Positions 9,510 through 18,508 of a stretch of DNA of 55,055 bases are shown one piece after another. The stretch is taken from assembly GCA_964595005.1 (NCBI GenBank), contig CAZQPC010000001.1, forward strand, positions 1-55,055, read 5' to 3'. The DNA comes from an uncultured Magnetovibrio sp. GTDB lineage: Bacteria > Pseudomonadota > Alphaproteobacteria > Rhodospirillales > Casp-alpha2. The notes below the pieces were generated by a model that worked only from the letters and a program-made list of their open reading frames with translations, was not told where the DNA came from and ran no database searches. A program made the translations under genes and the position numbers. Positions within the stretch are counted from its first letter, which is position 1, and every line of letters begins with the position of its first letter.

Positions 9510-10159
9510 CGTATGGTCCCGTCGTTTTTGCCGCCGGATGTTTGATTGATGCCGGCAATACGCCAGGCGCCGCCCTTGCCGCGCAACAATCCACCCTCGA
9601 CATGTTCCAAGCGCGTCATGGACAGGGTATCGATGGTAAACGACATGCCCAGTTCCGGGGACAGGCCGAGGACGTGGGCGACAGCGGCACGGATCGTGCC
9701 GCCGTGGCAGACGGCGACGATGTCGCGGCCCGCATGATCCGCCGTGTAGCGCTCGATGATGGTGCCGGTGCGGGCGATCAGATCGGCGAAGCTCTCGCCG
9801 CCCGGCGGCGCGCTGTGAGCCGGGGCCTGCCAAAAGGCAAAATAAGCATCCGGATCGGCTTCTTGCATCTCACTCCAGCTTGAGCCCTGCCAATCGCCGA
9901 AATCCTGTTCGCCCAAATGTTCCTCGATTATGGGTGTTGGATAGGTAAGGCCGGCGCCGCCGATGGCCGCGGCCGTCAACTTGGCACGGCTCAGGTGCGA
10001 CGTCAGCCATATGCCGTCGCCGGGCAATGCACCGGCCAATACCTCGAAAGACGCCGTGTCGGAGGTATCACAGGCGACATCATCGGAGCCATAAATCTTG
10101 CCGGTCATGCCAACCACGGGGGCGTGGCGGACAAACCACCAGCGCGTTACGGTACTCAT
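9506..10159 (-). CDS. cobC: histidine-phosphatase family protein, probable alpha-ribazole phosphatase
   Basis: ATG at 10159 gives MSTVTRWWFVRHAPV (RH motif) and a later CHGGTIRA. Lies between cobS and cobU with 4-nt overlaps. Confidence 0.75.
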   Translation of the reverse strand: MSTVTRWWFVRHAPVVGMTGKIYGSDDVACDTSDTASFEVLAGALPGDGIWLTSHLSRAKLTAAAIGGAGLTYPTPIIEEHLGEQDFGDWQGSSWSEMQEADPDAYFAFWQAPAHSAPPGGESFADLIARTGTIIERYTADHAGRDIVAVCHGGTIRAAVAHVLGLSPELGMSFTIDTLSMTRLEHVEGGLLRGKGGAWRIAGINQTSGGKNDGTIR

Positions 10160-10986
10160 GAAGCAAAAACTCCGGCGGCAATGAGAACGGCGGCCTCGGC
10201 GGCCTGTTGGGCGGCGCCCAGAACGTCGCCCGTATAGCCGCCGAGGCGGCGATGGGCAAGCCAGCCGACCATGCCAACGGCACATATGGCCATCAACAGG
10301 GCCAGCACCGCCGGCTGCCAATTCATCAAGACAAACGCCGCAACGATGCTCAAACCCAACGCCTGGTAGACGGTCACGGCATCCGGCCGGCCCGCGTCGC
10401 GGCCCAATCCGTCGGCCCGCGCCGGTTTCAGGCCCAGCATGACCATGGGCACGGCGCCGCGCGATACGGCGGCGGCGGTGACCATTGCCGCGGCGGCCAG
10501 TCCCGGCCCTAAAAACCCGGCCAAGATCGCGGCCTTCAAGGCGATGCTGAAGATCAACGCCAACACGCCGAAGGTCCCGGTCCGCGAATCGCGCATGATC
10601 TCCAGGCGCCGCGCCCGGTCGCCGGCACCCATGCCGTCGGCGAAATCGGCCAGGCCATCTTCATGCAAGGCGCCGGTGATCCAGGCACCCGCAGCCAATC
10701 CGATCACGGCGCAAGCCAAGGGGTGCAAATTGATCTGCGCGCCCAGCCACAACCCGCCGCCGGCGACAGCCCCAACTAGCAATCCAATCAACGGAAAGGC
10801 GCGACCCGCCGGCCCCAGATCGGCCATGGATAGGGGCGCCGCCGGCTTGAAGGGCAAGCGCGTCAGAAAAGCGCCAGCCACCGCAATATCGCGGCCCCAT
10901 CCTACAAATAGGCGCTGCAGAGGATTTTGTTCGCGTTCCTGTTCCACGCGCCGATGGTAGTAGATTGGCCCATAAAGGAAAGGCAT
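10156..10986 (-). CDS. cobS: adenosylcobinamide-GDP ribazoletransferase (cobalamin synthase; Salmonella CobS, P. denitrificans CobV)
   Basis: Polytopic membrane protein with the AFLTRLP motif near the N-terminus. The start may be downstream of 10986. Confidence 0.88.
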   Translation of the reverse strand: MPFLYGPIYYHRRVEQEREQNPLQRLFVGWGRDIAVAGAFLTRLPFKPAAPLSMADLGPAGRAFPLIGLLVGAVAGGGLWLGAQINLHPLACAVIGLAAGAWITGALHEDGLADFADGMGAGDRARRLEIMRDSRTGTFGVLALIFSIALKAAILAGFLGPGLAAAAMVTAAAVSRGAVPMVMLGLKPARADGLGRDAGRPDAVTVYQALGLSIVAAFVLMNWQPAVLALLMAICAVGMVGWLAHRRLGGYTGDVLGAAQQAAEAAVLIAAGVFAS

Positions 10987-11044
10987 GGCGACAACGTTTC
11001 ATTGGCCATGGACAAGTCCCTTCGAGGCTGCGAAGTTGCCGCTC

Positions 11045-12079
11045 ATGACAGCCAAGACAACCGCTCAATCACCGGATAGTTTGGCCGGCCTCCGAGACCT
11101 GCTGGCGGATTTGCCGGGGCCCGACGAGGCCGCGCGGGCGCGCGGCCTGGAGCGCGAACCGCAGTTGACCAAGCCGCCCGGGTCCTTGGGCCGCCTGGAA
11201 ACCATTACCCATTGGCTGGCCGCCTGGCAGGGCCGCCATCCGCCGGCCGCCGAAACCATCGCGGTGCGCGTCTTCGCCGGCAATCACGGTGTCGTGGCAC
11301 GCGGCGTATCCGCCTATCCGGCCGAGGTCACGGCGCAAATGGTCGGCAACTTTCTCACCGGCGGGGCAGCCGTCAACCAGTTGTGTGAAAGCGTCGGCGC
11401 GTCCCTGGACGTGATCGCCATTGATCTCGACAAACCCACCGCCGACTTTACCAAGGCCCCGGCCATGACCGAACCCGAATTCATGGACGCCATCGGCCGT
11501 GGCATGGCCGCCGTGCCCGACGACGCCGATATCCTGTGCGTCGGTGAAATGGGTATCGGCAACACGACCAGTGCGGCGGCGCTGTGCATGGGTCTCTACG
11601 GCGGTGGTGCCGCAGACTGGACCGGGCCGGGCACGGGTGTCACCGGGGATGCCTACGATATCAAGGTGCAAGTGGTCGGTGACGCCGTGCGCCATCACGC
11701 GCCGCATCTGGCCGACGGCCTGAAGGCCTTGCAACGCCTTGGCGGCAGGGAACTGGCGGCCATGGCCGGTGCGATCATCCAGGCCCGCCTGCAACGGGTG
11801 CCGGTATTGCTTGACGGCTACATGGCCGGCGCCGTCGCCGGCGCCTTGAAAGCCGCCCGGCCTGACGTCCTGGATCATTGCCTGGCGGCCCACGTGTCCG
11901 CCGAACCGGGCCATCGCCGGCTGCTCGACATCCTTGAGATGGAACCGCTGTTGGATATGAACATGCGCCTGGGCGAAGCGTCCGGGGCCGCCTTGGCGGT
12001 CAGCATCATCAAGGCCGCCTGTGCCTGTCACAACGGCATGGCGACTTTCGCCGAAGCCGGCGTCAGCGATAAAGACTGA
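11045..12079 (+). CDS. cobT: nicotinate-nucleotide--dimethylbenzimidazole phosphoribosyltransferase (Salmonella CobT)
   Basis: LTKPPGSLGRLE and GEMGIGNTT motifs. ATG at 11045 gives about 345 aa; an alternative ATG lies at 10985. Confidence 0.9.
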   Translation: MTAKTTAQSPDSLAGLRDLLADLPGPDEAARARGLEREPQLTKPPGSLGRLETITHWLAAWQGRHPPAAETIAVRVFAGNHGVVARGVSAYPAEVTAQMVGNFLTGGAAVNQLCESVGASLDVIAIDLDKPTADFTKAPAMTEPEFMDAIGRGMAAVPDDADILCVGEMGIGNTTSAAALCMGLYGGGAADWTGPGTGVTGDAYDIKVQVVGDAVRHHAPHLADGLKALQRLGGRELAAMAGAIIQARLQRVPVLLDGYMAGAVAGALKAARPDVLDHCLAAHVSAEPGHRRLLDILEMEPLLDMNMRLGEASGAALAVSIIKAACACHNGMATFAEAGVSDKD

Positions 12080-12135
12080 TCCGGGTTTGCTTTGATCAGC
12101 TGGCTGATATTTCGGCCAGATTGCGGCGTCCAACT

Positions 12136-13410
12136 TCAGTTCCGCTCAATCCGCCGCTTCAGGCGCAACATTTCCCGGCGCCGGTTGTCTTCAGCGATGA
12201 GGTTTTCCACGAACCGGCCCTGGAACTGCTCAATGCCGACGGATTTACCGAAATCGATGGCTTCGCGGTTGTCGCAACGGATGAGCACAAATTTGTCCGC
12301 GCCCTCTTCGTCGACGACGCGTTTCAAAAGGCTGTGCACCTCTTCGCCGCCGTCGACCAATTCCGGGTCCCAGACCAGTTTGGTCAAGTCGATGCCAAGG
12401 CGTTCGCGGTGGATCATGGTCAGGGTCTCCAGGGTGACGCCGTCCATACACACCCGGTAACCCTTGTCTTGAACAAATTCTCGGGCGAATACGTAGGATG
12501 ACAGGTTGGAGAAGATATCCTCCTTCTGCAGTTCGATGATCATCTGGCCGCGCCGCGACGCCGCAATGTTGTCGTCGAAGGACTGAAACTCCTTCGACAG
12601 CAGGGTCGCGATATTGACGTTGAAACTGATCTCCCCGGAGATCGAAATGCTGTCGGTTTTGGTCAACATGGACAGCATGCGCCGGTCGAGCGTCTCCGTG
12701 AGATGCTGGAACAGCCACCGGTTGGCGGTCAGGTTGACGCCAGGCAACAGCGTTTCGCGCAGATCAGAGATCGAAATGAACAATTCGCTGAAGGTTTGGG
12801 TCGGCACCAGTTTGGAATCGACGGCACAGACAAACTGGCGCCGCGCCAAATTCGAAAGATCGGCCCGGATGAGCGCCGTTTCGACCCTGGCCAGAACATC
12901 CGGGGTCAGCGGCTCACCCTGTTTCTGTTTGGCCTTCAGAGCGGAGCGGGCATCCATGCGCGACCGCACGGCGGCCTGACGCTCCTGTTCCGACTGGGCC
13001 ATGCCCTGGACCAATTGAAGAAAGTTGTCGTAATCGGTGGCCGCATCATACCAGGTGGCGAAATTCTGGGTCTGTATGTCCTCTTCGGCAACCAGCGGAT
13101 CATCGTCGAACAGATACTTGATCTTCTGAACGATGGTTTCCACCCCGGCCTGGGCTTCGCTCTTGAAGATGAAATAGATATCGGAGTTCTTCATGGTGAA
13201 CAGTTGCCCGGTCATATCGGAAACCAGGGCGTCGAAATTACTGGCCGCGGCGCGGATGTGCTGATCACGGCGGTTGAAGGGCCTGAGGGCGGACAGATGC
13301 AAGATGACCACCTTGCGGCCGTCCTTGTGCTTCTCCAGGCGGCGCACATAATCCAACAACAGGTTTTCCTGGCTGGGAAGGCGCTTTTTACCGTCGGAAC
13401 GATCAGCCAT
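12136..13410 (-). CDS. stand-alone degenerate GGDEF-like + degenerate EAL-like protein (function unknown)
   Basis: ATG at 13410. The N-terminal half follows the GGDEF-domain pattern (VVILHLSALRPFNRRDQH...LFTMKNSDIYFIF) with KNSDI in place of GGDEF. The C-terminal half follows the EAL pattern (FSELFISI, ISFNVN, IIELQKED, RVCMDG, QGRF) with several catalytic positions replaced. Confidence 0.65.
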   Translation of the reverse strand: MADRSDGKKRLPSQENLLLDYVRRLEKHKDGRKVVILHLSALRPFNRRDQHIRAAASNFDALVSDMTGQLFTMKNSDIYFIFKSEAQAGVETIVQKIKYLFDDDPLVAEEDIQTQNFATWYDAATDYDNFLQLVQGMAQSEQERQAAVRSRMDARSALKAKQKQGEPLTPDVLARVETALIRADLSNLARRQFVCAVDSKLVPTQTFSELFISISDLRETLLPGVNLTANRWLFQHLTETLDRRMLSMLTKTDSISISGEISFNVNIATLLSKEFQSFDDNIAASRRGQMIIELQKEDIFSNLSSYVFAREFVQDKGYRVCMDGVTLETLTMIHRERLGIDLTKLVWDPELVDGGEEVHSLLKRVVDEEGADKFVLIRCDNREAIDFGKSVGIEQFQGRFVENLIAEDNRRREMLRLKRRIERN

Positions 13411-13411
13411 G

Positions 13412-14680
13412 TTATGCCGTCCCGCCGGTGGAGCGCGGACTGCGGCCGCCACCGATCACTTGCACCAGTTTATCGATGAAGAACCCCTGAAATCGGCTGA
13501 TCCCAAGGCTGAGGCCCCATTTTACGGCTTTTTCCGAATCGACGCGGCCGAGGATCATGGTATCGCGACCGGCCTTCGCGATGACCTCGCGCATCTCCTG
13601 CAAACGGCTTTCCTCCTCATCGCCTGTAAACTCAGGCCCCCAGGAAATCTTGATGAAATCGGAGCGCAGGTCGGCCGGTTCGAAATATTGCAAAGACAAG
13701 GGATTGAGGCCGTCGACAACGACGCGATAGCCGCGTTGTTGCAGGGAATCCCTGGCATAAACATAATTCCTCATGTCGGCGAAAATGTCGATGATCTGAA
13801 ATTCGACGATGACTTTCGACATGTGGCCGTCGACGGCGCGGTGAAAATTCTGAAAATCCCGTGACAGAACCGTCGAAATATTCAGATTGATGCTCAAAGG
13901 CTCGGTAATTTCGGAGAAATCCTCCTCCACGAGCACAGCCAGAACCCGCCGATCGAGGGTCTCCGTCAGATATTGAAACAACCATGGACTGGCAAACAGA
14001 TTGACGTCGGGGGCAACGCGTTCCTTGATATCGGCAATCGACAAAAACAATTCGAAAAACACCAGGTCGCCGCCGCCGCCGGATTTCACCTGAAGACAGG
14101 CCTGGCGCTTGATCATATCGGCGACCCGCATGCCCTGAAGGCTTTTATTAATTTCGCTCAGGTTCGACGGCCCCAGCGGCTCACCCAGTTGTTGTTCTTT
14201 GTCGGCGCGGGCCGTTTCCGCCGCCTGGATTTGTTCGGCTTCCACGGCCAGGTCGGTGATGACCGCGAAAAAGGCGGCAAAATCCTCGGGGTTCGACAGG
14301 TCATACCAAGTTGAGAACGCATCATCGAAGGCGTTCTCATCTAATTCCGTCAGCGGGTCTTCGCTGAACAGGCCCCGTACTTTCTCAACGGCACCATCCA
14401 CGTCGTCGACATCGACGTTGCGGCAGATCAGTGCCAAATCTTTGTTGGTCAGGGAAAAAAGCGTCGCATCATTGTTGTCCACCAAGATGTCGAAGGTCCT
14501 GGCGGCAATCTCGATGAAGTGCCCTTGTTTGTGGTTGGGCCGAAGTTTGGAAAGGTTCAAGTGGACGACGAAATACCCGGCCGCATTGGACTCGATCCGG
14601 TTCAGACGGGTGAGTAGAAGCGATTCCTCCGTGTCGTCGAGGTCGTTGGCACCTGCCGCAGCGTTGCCCCATTCAGCCAT
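13412..14680 (-). CDS. paralogous degenerate GGDEF-like + EAL-like protein (function unknown)
   Basis: Clear paralogue of 12136..13410 (shared LFQ[HY]LTETLDRR, NL/NV, QG[RF]F). TNKDL replaces GGDEF and FELF replaces EAL. The stop lies 1 nt before the downstream ATG. Confidence 0.65.
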   Translation of the reverse strand: MAEWGNAAAGANDLDDTEESLLLTRLNRIESNAAGYFVVHLNLSKLRPNHKQGHFIEIAARTFDILVDNNDATLFSLTNKDLALICRNVDVDDVDGAVEKVRGLFSEDPLTELDENAFDDAFSTWYDLSNPEDFAAFFAVITDLAVEAEQIQAAETARADKEQQLGEPLGPSNLSEINKSLQGMRVADMIKRQACLQVKSGGGGDLVFFELFLSIADIKERVAPDVNLFASPWLFQYLTETLDRRVLAVLVEEDFSEITEPLSINLNISTVLSRDFQNFHRAVDGHMSKVIVEFQIIDIFADMRNYVYARDSLQQRGYRVVVDGLNPLSLQYFEPADLRSDFIKISWGPEFTGDEEESRLQEMREVIAKAGRDTMILGRVDSEKAVKWGLSLGISRFQGFFIDKLVQVIGGGRSPRSTGGTA

Positions 14681-14840
14681 TCGCTATCCCAAAATCCCCA
14701 TGTGCCACGCCGCGTGCCGCACCTTTGCTAAGGTGCCACGAAAGTTAGACCGGAACCATTAAATTTCGATTATCACCGAATATGGGAACAAACCGGAATC
14801 ATCTCATAATTCTGTAAGGTTGGCATGAATAATAGACCCC

Positions 14841-15599
14841 ATGAGATTGAATGCGCGCCGCTTGGAAACGGATTTCGAGGCCCTGCCGCCAAGGGTCCCG
14901 GCGGGCACGCGCGTCTACGCCATTGGCGATATTCATGGCCGGCTGGACCTTTTGGAAGACATTCACAGGCTGATCTTGGCCGATTGCGTCGATGGCCCCG
15001 GGCATCAGGTCCTCGTCTATTTAGGCGACTACATTGATCGCGGTCAGCATTCCTTCGGCGTTGTCGATGCCCTCATCCACGACCCCCTGCCCAACTTTCA
15101 AATCGTCCACTTGAAGGGCAACCATGAGGACTTCCTGCTGCGCTTCGTGGAAACCGGTGAACAGGGCGAAAACTGGCTGTTCAATGGCGGCGTGACGACG
15201 TTTAACAGTTACCGCACCAGCGGCGCCTCGATGGCCGATCTGTATGGCGATATGGATAATCTGCGGGATGCCCTGATTGAGGTTCTGCCGCCGGCCCACC
15301 TGGCGTTCTATCGGCGTTTGGCGATGACGCACAGCGAAGGCGACTATCTGTTCGTTCACGCCGGCATTCGACCGGGCATTCCCGTATCGCACCAGAAAGA
15401 TGACGATCTCATATGGATAAGAGGCCCATTTCTGCACACGGACGAGGATTTTGGCCAGGTCGTCGTGCACGGTCACACCCCCGAATTTGAGCCTGTCATC
15501 CGACATAACCGCATCGGCGTCGATACCCAGGCCTACCGAAGCGGCTGCCTGACCTGTCTGGTTCTGGAAGGCGAACAACGCCGGTTCTTGCAGACCTGA
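14841..15599 (+). CDS. PPP-family metallophosphoesterase (PrpA/ApaH-like Ser/Thr protein phosphatase)
   Basis: GDIHG, GDYIDRG, GNHE, VHAG and HGH motifs in the canonical order. Confidence 0.85.
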   Translation: MRLNARRLETDFEALPPRVPAGTRVYAIGDIHGRLDLLEDIHRLILADCVDGPGHQVLVYLGDYIDRGQHSFGVVDALIHDPLPNFQIVHLKGNHEDFLLRFVETGEQGENWLFNGGVTTFNSYRTSGASMADLYGDMDNLRDALIEVLPPAHLAFYRRLAMTHSEGDYLFVHAGIRPGIPVSHQKDDDLIWIRGPFLHTDEDFGQVVVHGHTPEFEPVIRHNRIGVDTQAYRSGCLTCLVLEGEQRRFLQT

Positions 15600-15613
15600 A
15601 CCGAACTCCCGTC

Positions 15614-15648
15614 GCCCGGCGTTTCCCGATTGCCCGGCGTTTGCCGGG
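15614..15648 (+). repeat. 11-bp direct repeat GCCCGGCGTTT x2; the second copy forms the hairpin CCCGGC-GTTT-GCCGGG
   Basis: Copies at 15614-15624 and 15632-15642, hairpin at 15633-15648, in the phosphatase/UXS intergenic region. No U-tract follows. Confidence 0.35.
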
Positions 15649-15664
15649 GTGCTAAACCCAATTC

Positions 15665-16609
15665 ATGCATGAACGTTCCCGTATTCTCGTCACCGGCGGT
15701 GCTGGATTCATCGGTTCCCATCTGTGCACCCGGCTGGTTGCCGAGGGCAACGATGTCATTTGCCTGGACAATTTTTTCACCGGCACCAAGGACAATATTT
15801 CGCCGCTCCTGGGCGATCCGCATTTCGAATTGATGCGCCACGATGTGACCTTTCCGCTTTACGTGGAGGTCGATCAGATTTTCAATCTGGCTTGCCCGGC
15901 CTCACCGGTGCATTACCAGCACGATCCGGTGCAAACCACCAAGACCAGTGTCCACGGCGCCATCAACATGCTGGGCCTGGCGAAACGCACGAAGGCGCGC
16001 ATTCTGCAGGCGTCGACCAGCGAGGTCTACGGTGATCCCAAGGTTCACCCGCAGCCCGAAACGTATGCCGGCAACGTCAATCCCATCGGCCCCAGGTCGT
16101 GTTATGACGAGGGCAAGCGCTGCGCGGAAACACTATTTTTCGATTACAAGCGCCAGCACGACATGAGCATCCGCGTGGCCCGTATCTTCAACACCTATGG
16201 CCCCAACATGCATCCCAGCGACGGCCGCGTCGTCTCCAACTTCATTGTCCAGGCCTTGAAGGGCGAACCGATCACCATTTACGGTGACGGCACCCAGACC
16301 CGGTCGTTTTGTTATGTCGATAACCTGGTCGAAGGGTTGATCCGACTGATGAACGCGGATGACGTGACGGGACCCGTGAACCTGGGCAACCCCGGTGAAT
16401 TCACGATCCGCGAACTGGCCGAATTGGTGATCGCCGAAACGGACACCGGATCGGAAATGGTCTTCAAGCCCTTGCCCGAGGACGATCCCATGCAGCGCTG
16501 TCCGGATATTTCCCTAGCCAAGGAAGTGCTGGATTGGGCGCCCGATATTGCCTTGGCCGACGGGCTCAGAAAAACCATCGCCTATTTCAAGAATGCGATC
16601 GATGCCTAA
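15665..16609 (+). CDS. UDP-glucuronate decarboxylase (UDP-xylose synthase), extended SDR
   Basis: GGAGFIGSH Rossmann motif, YDEGK catalytic Y-x3-K, overall UXS-like sequence ([13 protein letters not shown]). Confidence 0.88.
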   Translation: MHERSRILVTGGAGFIGSHLCTRLVAEGNDVICLDNFFTGTKDNISPLLGDPHFELMRHDVTFPLYVEVDQIFNLACPASPVHYQHDPVQTTKTSVHGAINMLGLAKRTKARILQASTSEVYGDPKVHPQPETYAGNVNPIGPRSCYDEGKRCAETLFFDYKRQHDMSIRVARIFNTYGPNMHPSDGRVVSNFIVQALKGEPITIYGDGTQTRSFCYVDNLVEGLIRLMNADDVTGPVNLGNPGEFTIRELAELVIAETDTGSEMVFKPLPEDDPMQRCPDISLAKEVLDWAPDIALADGLRKTIAYFKNAIDA

Positions 16610-16612
16610 GCC

Positions 16613-18403
16613 TTAGACAGCGCCCGTTTGGGCCGCATAAACGCGTTTCGCCCAGCCCCTGAGACCGGGCTCGCGGTTGTCGTTGACGCCGCCGCCGGCT
16701 TGCCACAACCAACGTTCCACGGGCACGAAAAATCCAGTTTTCGGCCTGTTCAGAATATCCGGCGGCAAGGCTGGAAGCGGCGTTGACGCCATATCGCGTT
16801 TGCCGGGACCGGCCGATGTGCCGAGCACCGGCGCCAGGGCCTTGAACAGATCGACATCGACAAACGGCACCCTGATCTCCAGAGAATGGGCCATGCCGGC
16901 CCAGTCGGCGTCGCGCAGCAACTGATTTTGCATGTACCAGTTCATTTCCAGGGCACGAACCCGGTTCTCGGCGGCGCCAATGCCATCGATGCCGACCTCA
17001 AGGCGGACCAGCGGTGCCAGCTGGTTCCAGCCGTCGGCGGCCAGTTCCGGGTCCATGACGTCGGCCAGTTCCCAGGGCATGAAAAGGCCGCGCCGCAACA
17101 GATAGGCGCCAGCCATGGAGCCACCGAACTCAAACAGGCTGGCGTATTTTGCCGAAATCATCGGTCCCATCGCCGGGACCACGGCTTTGCGGAACAATCG
17201 CCCAACCGTCTCGAGGCCTGGAATCCACCCTAACCCGGCGGCCAGACGCGGCACTTGGCGAAAACTGTCATAGCCGCTGAACAATTCGTCGCCGCCAAGG
17301 CCCGAAAGTGCGACCTTGAGCCCGCCGTGGGCGGCGACCCGGGCGACGAAGTAGGTATTCACCCCGTCGATGGTCGGCTGGTCCATGCATTTCAGAAGAT
17401 CCGGCAAGGCGCCGTCGAAATGCAATCGCGCGACGCGCTCCGTCAACTGCGTCGTTTCGTAGCGTTTCGCCATCAGTTCCGCCAGCGGCACTTCGTCGCG
17501 GTCGGTGCCGACGAACTCCTCAAACCCAAGGGTGAAGGTGCGCAGTTCGCCCTGCTCGCTCTCTGCGGCCAGGGCCGTGATGGTCGACGAATCGAGGCCG
17601 GCCGACAAAAACACACCGACCGGCACATCGGCGACGAAATGGTGGCGGACACTGTCCAACAAAAGGTTCCGAAGATTGGGCGCTTCGGCTTGGTCATCGG
17701 CGTCGGCTAGAATTTCACCGGCATCAAAATACCGCACCAGATGCCGCCCGCCATCGGCATTGACGGTGAGTGAGTGGCCTGCCGGCAGCGCCTCGATATC
17801 AGCATAAAGCGTATGTGGCTCGGGGACGCTGCCAAACAGGAAGAACCCCACATGGCCGGCCGGATCGGGCCCTGTGTTGCCGGCCCGGCCGGTCGCCAAC
17901 AGGGCTTTGACCTGTGAGGCCGTGCGCAATGTCTTTCCGTCATCGGCCAAATAGAGGGGCTTGATGCCGAAAGGATCGCGGGCCAAGAACAGGCGCCGTT
18001 CAACGGAATCCCAGATGACCAGGGCAAACATGCCGCGCAGTTTCTCGACCATGGCGGCACCGTGGCGCTCGTAGAGGCGCAACAGGACTTCGGTATCCGA
18101 TTGGGTGACAAAGCGAACCCCGGCACTGACCAAGGCGCTGCGCAGCGCCCGGTAATTGTAAATCTCGCCGTTGAAGGTGATATGGAACCGGCCGTCGATA
18201 TTCATCGGCTGGTTGGCACGCGGGTCCGGGTCAATGATCGCCAGGCGCCGGTGCGCCAACCCGACGCGGCTGTCGTCGGAAATCCAATGCCCGCCGCCGT
18301 CCGGGCCCCGCCGGATCATCGCCTTGTTGATTTCCAACAACTCACCCAGCGCAACCGGCGGTGCGTCGGCATGATAGGCGAACAGGGCAGCGATTCCGCA
18401 CAT
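16613..18403 (-). CDS. asparagine synthase (glutamine-hydrolysing) family amidotransferase
   Basis: MCGI N-terminal nucleophile Cys2. PP-loop-like FLSAGLDSS. About 596 aa. Confidence 0.88.
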   Translation of the reverse strand: MCGIAALFAYHADAPPVALGELLEINKAMIRRGPDGGGHWISDDSRVGLAHRRLAIIDPDPRANQPMNIDGRFHITFNGEIYNYRALRSALVSAGVRFVTQSDTEVLLRLYERHGAAMVEKLRGMFALVIWDSVERRLFLARDPFGIKPLYLADDGKTLRTASQVKALLATGRAGNTGPDPAGHVGFFLFGSVPEPHTLYADIEALPAGHSLTVNADGGRHLVRYFDAGEILADADDQAEAPNLRNLLLDSVRHHFVADVPVGVFLSAGLDSSTITALAAESEQGELRTFTLGFEEFVGTDRDEVPLAELMAKRYETTQLTERVARLHFDGALPDLLKCMDQPTIDGVNTYFVARVAAHGGLKVALSGLGGDELFSGYDSFRQVPRLAAGLGWIPGLETVGRLFRKAVVPAMGPMISAKYASLFEFGGSMAGAYLLRRGLFMPWELADVMDPELAADGWNQLAPLVRLEVGIDGIGAAENRVRALEMNWYMQNQLLRDADWAGMAHSLEIRVPFVDVDLFKALAPVLGTSAGPGKRDMASTPLPALPPDILNRPKTGFFVPVERWLWQAGGGVNDNREPGLRGWAKRVYAAQTGAV

Positions 18404-18508
18404 CTTAGTTTCATAGCGCGGCGCTGCCGGTGAACAAAGTCAATTCGATCATTTTCCCAATGGAATCAGGTCTTTGCATATACGGGTGAAAGTGGAGTAA
18501 AAGAGCGC

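Noticed and set aside
8973-9833. 286-aa and 271-aa track ORFs (8973..9833 and 9506..10321) suggesting large overlapping genes in the cob operon.
   Set aside because: The N-terminal extensions are Arg/His/Pro-rich and overlap the real upstream genes. Internal GTG 9509 and ATG 10159 give canonical CobU and CobC N-termini with 4-nt overlaps.
10987-11044. Looked for a cobalamin riboswitch upstream of the cobS operon, cobT, or anywhere near the cob genes.
   Set aside because: The divergent intergenic region is only about 58 nt, far too short for a riboswitch of about 200 nt. I saw no B12-box-like sequence there. An Infernal scan would be decisive.
12080-12135. Possible bidirectional terminator between cobT and the GGDEF-EAL-like gene.
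   Set aside because: Only 5-bp stems (ATCAG/CTGAT, CTGGC/GCCAG) with no U-tract, which is too weak to call.
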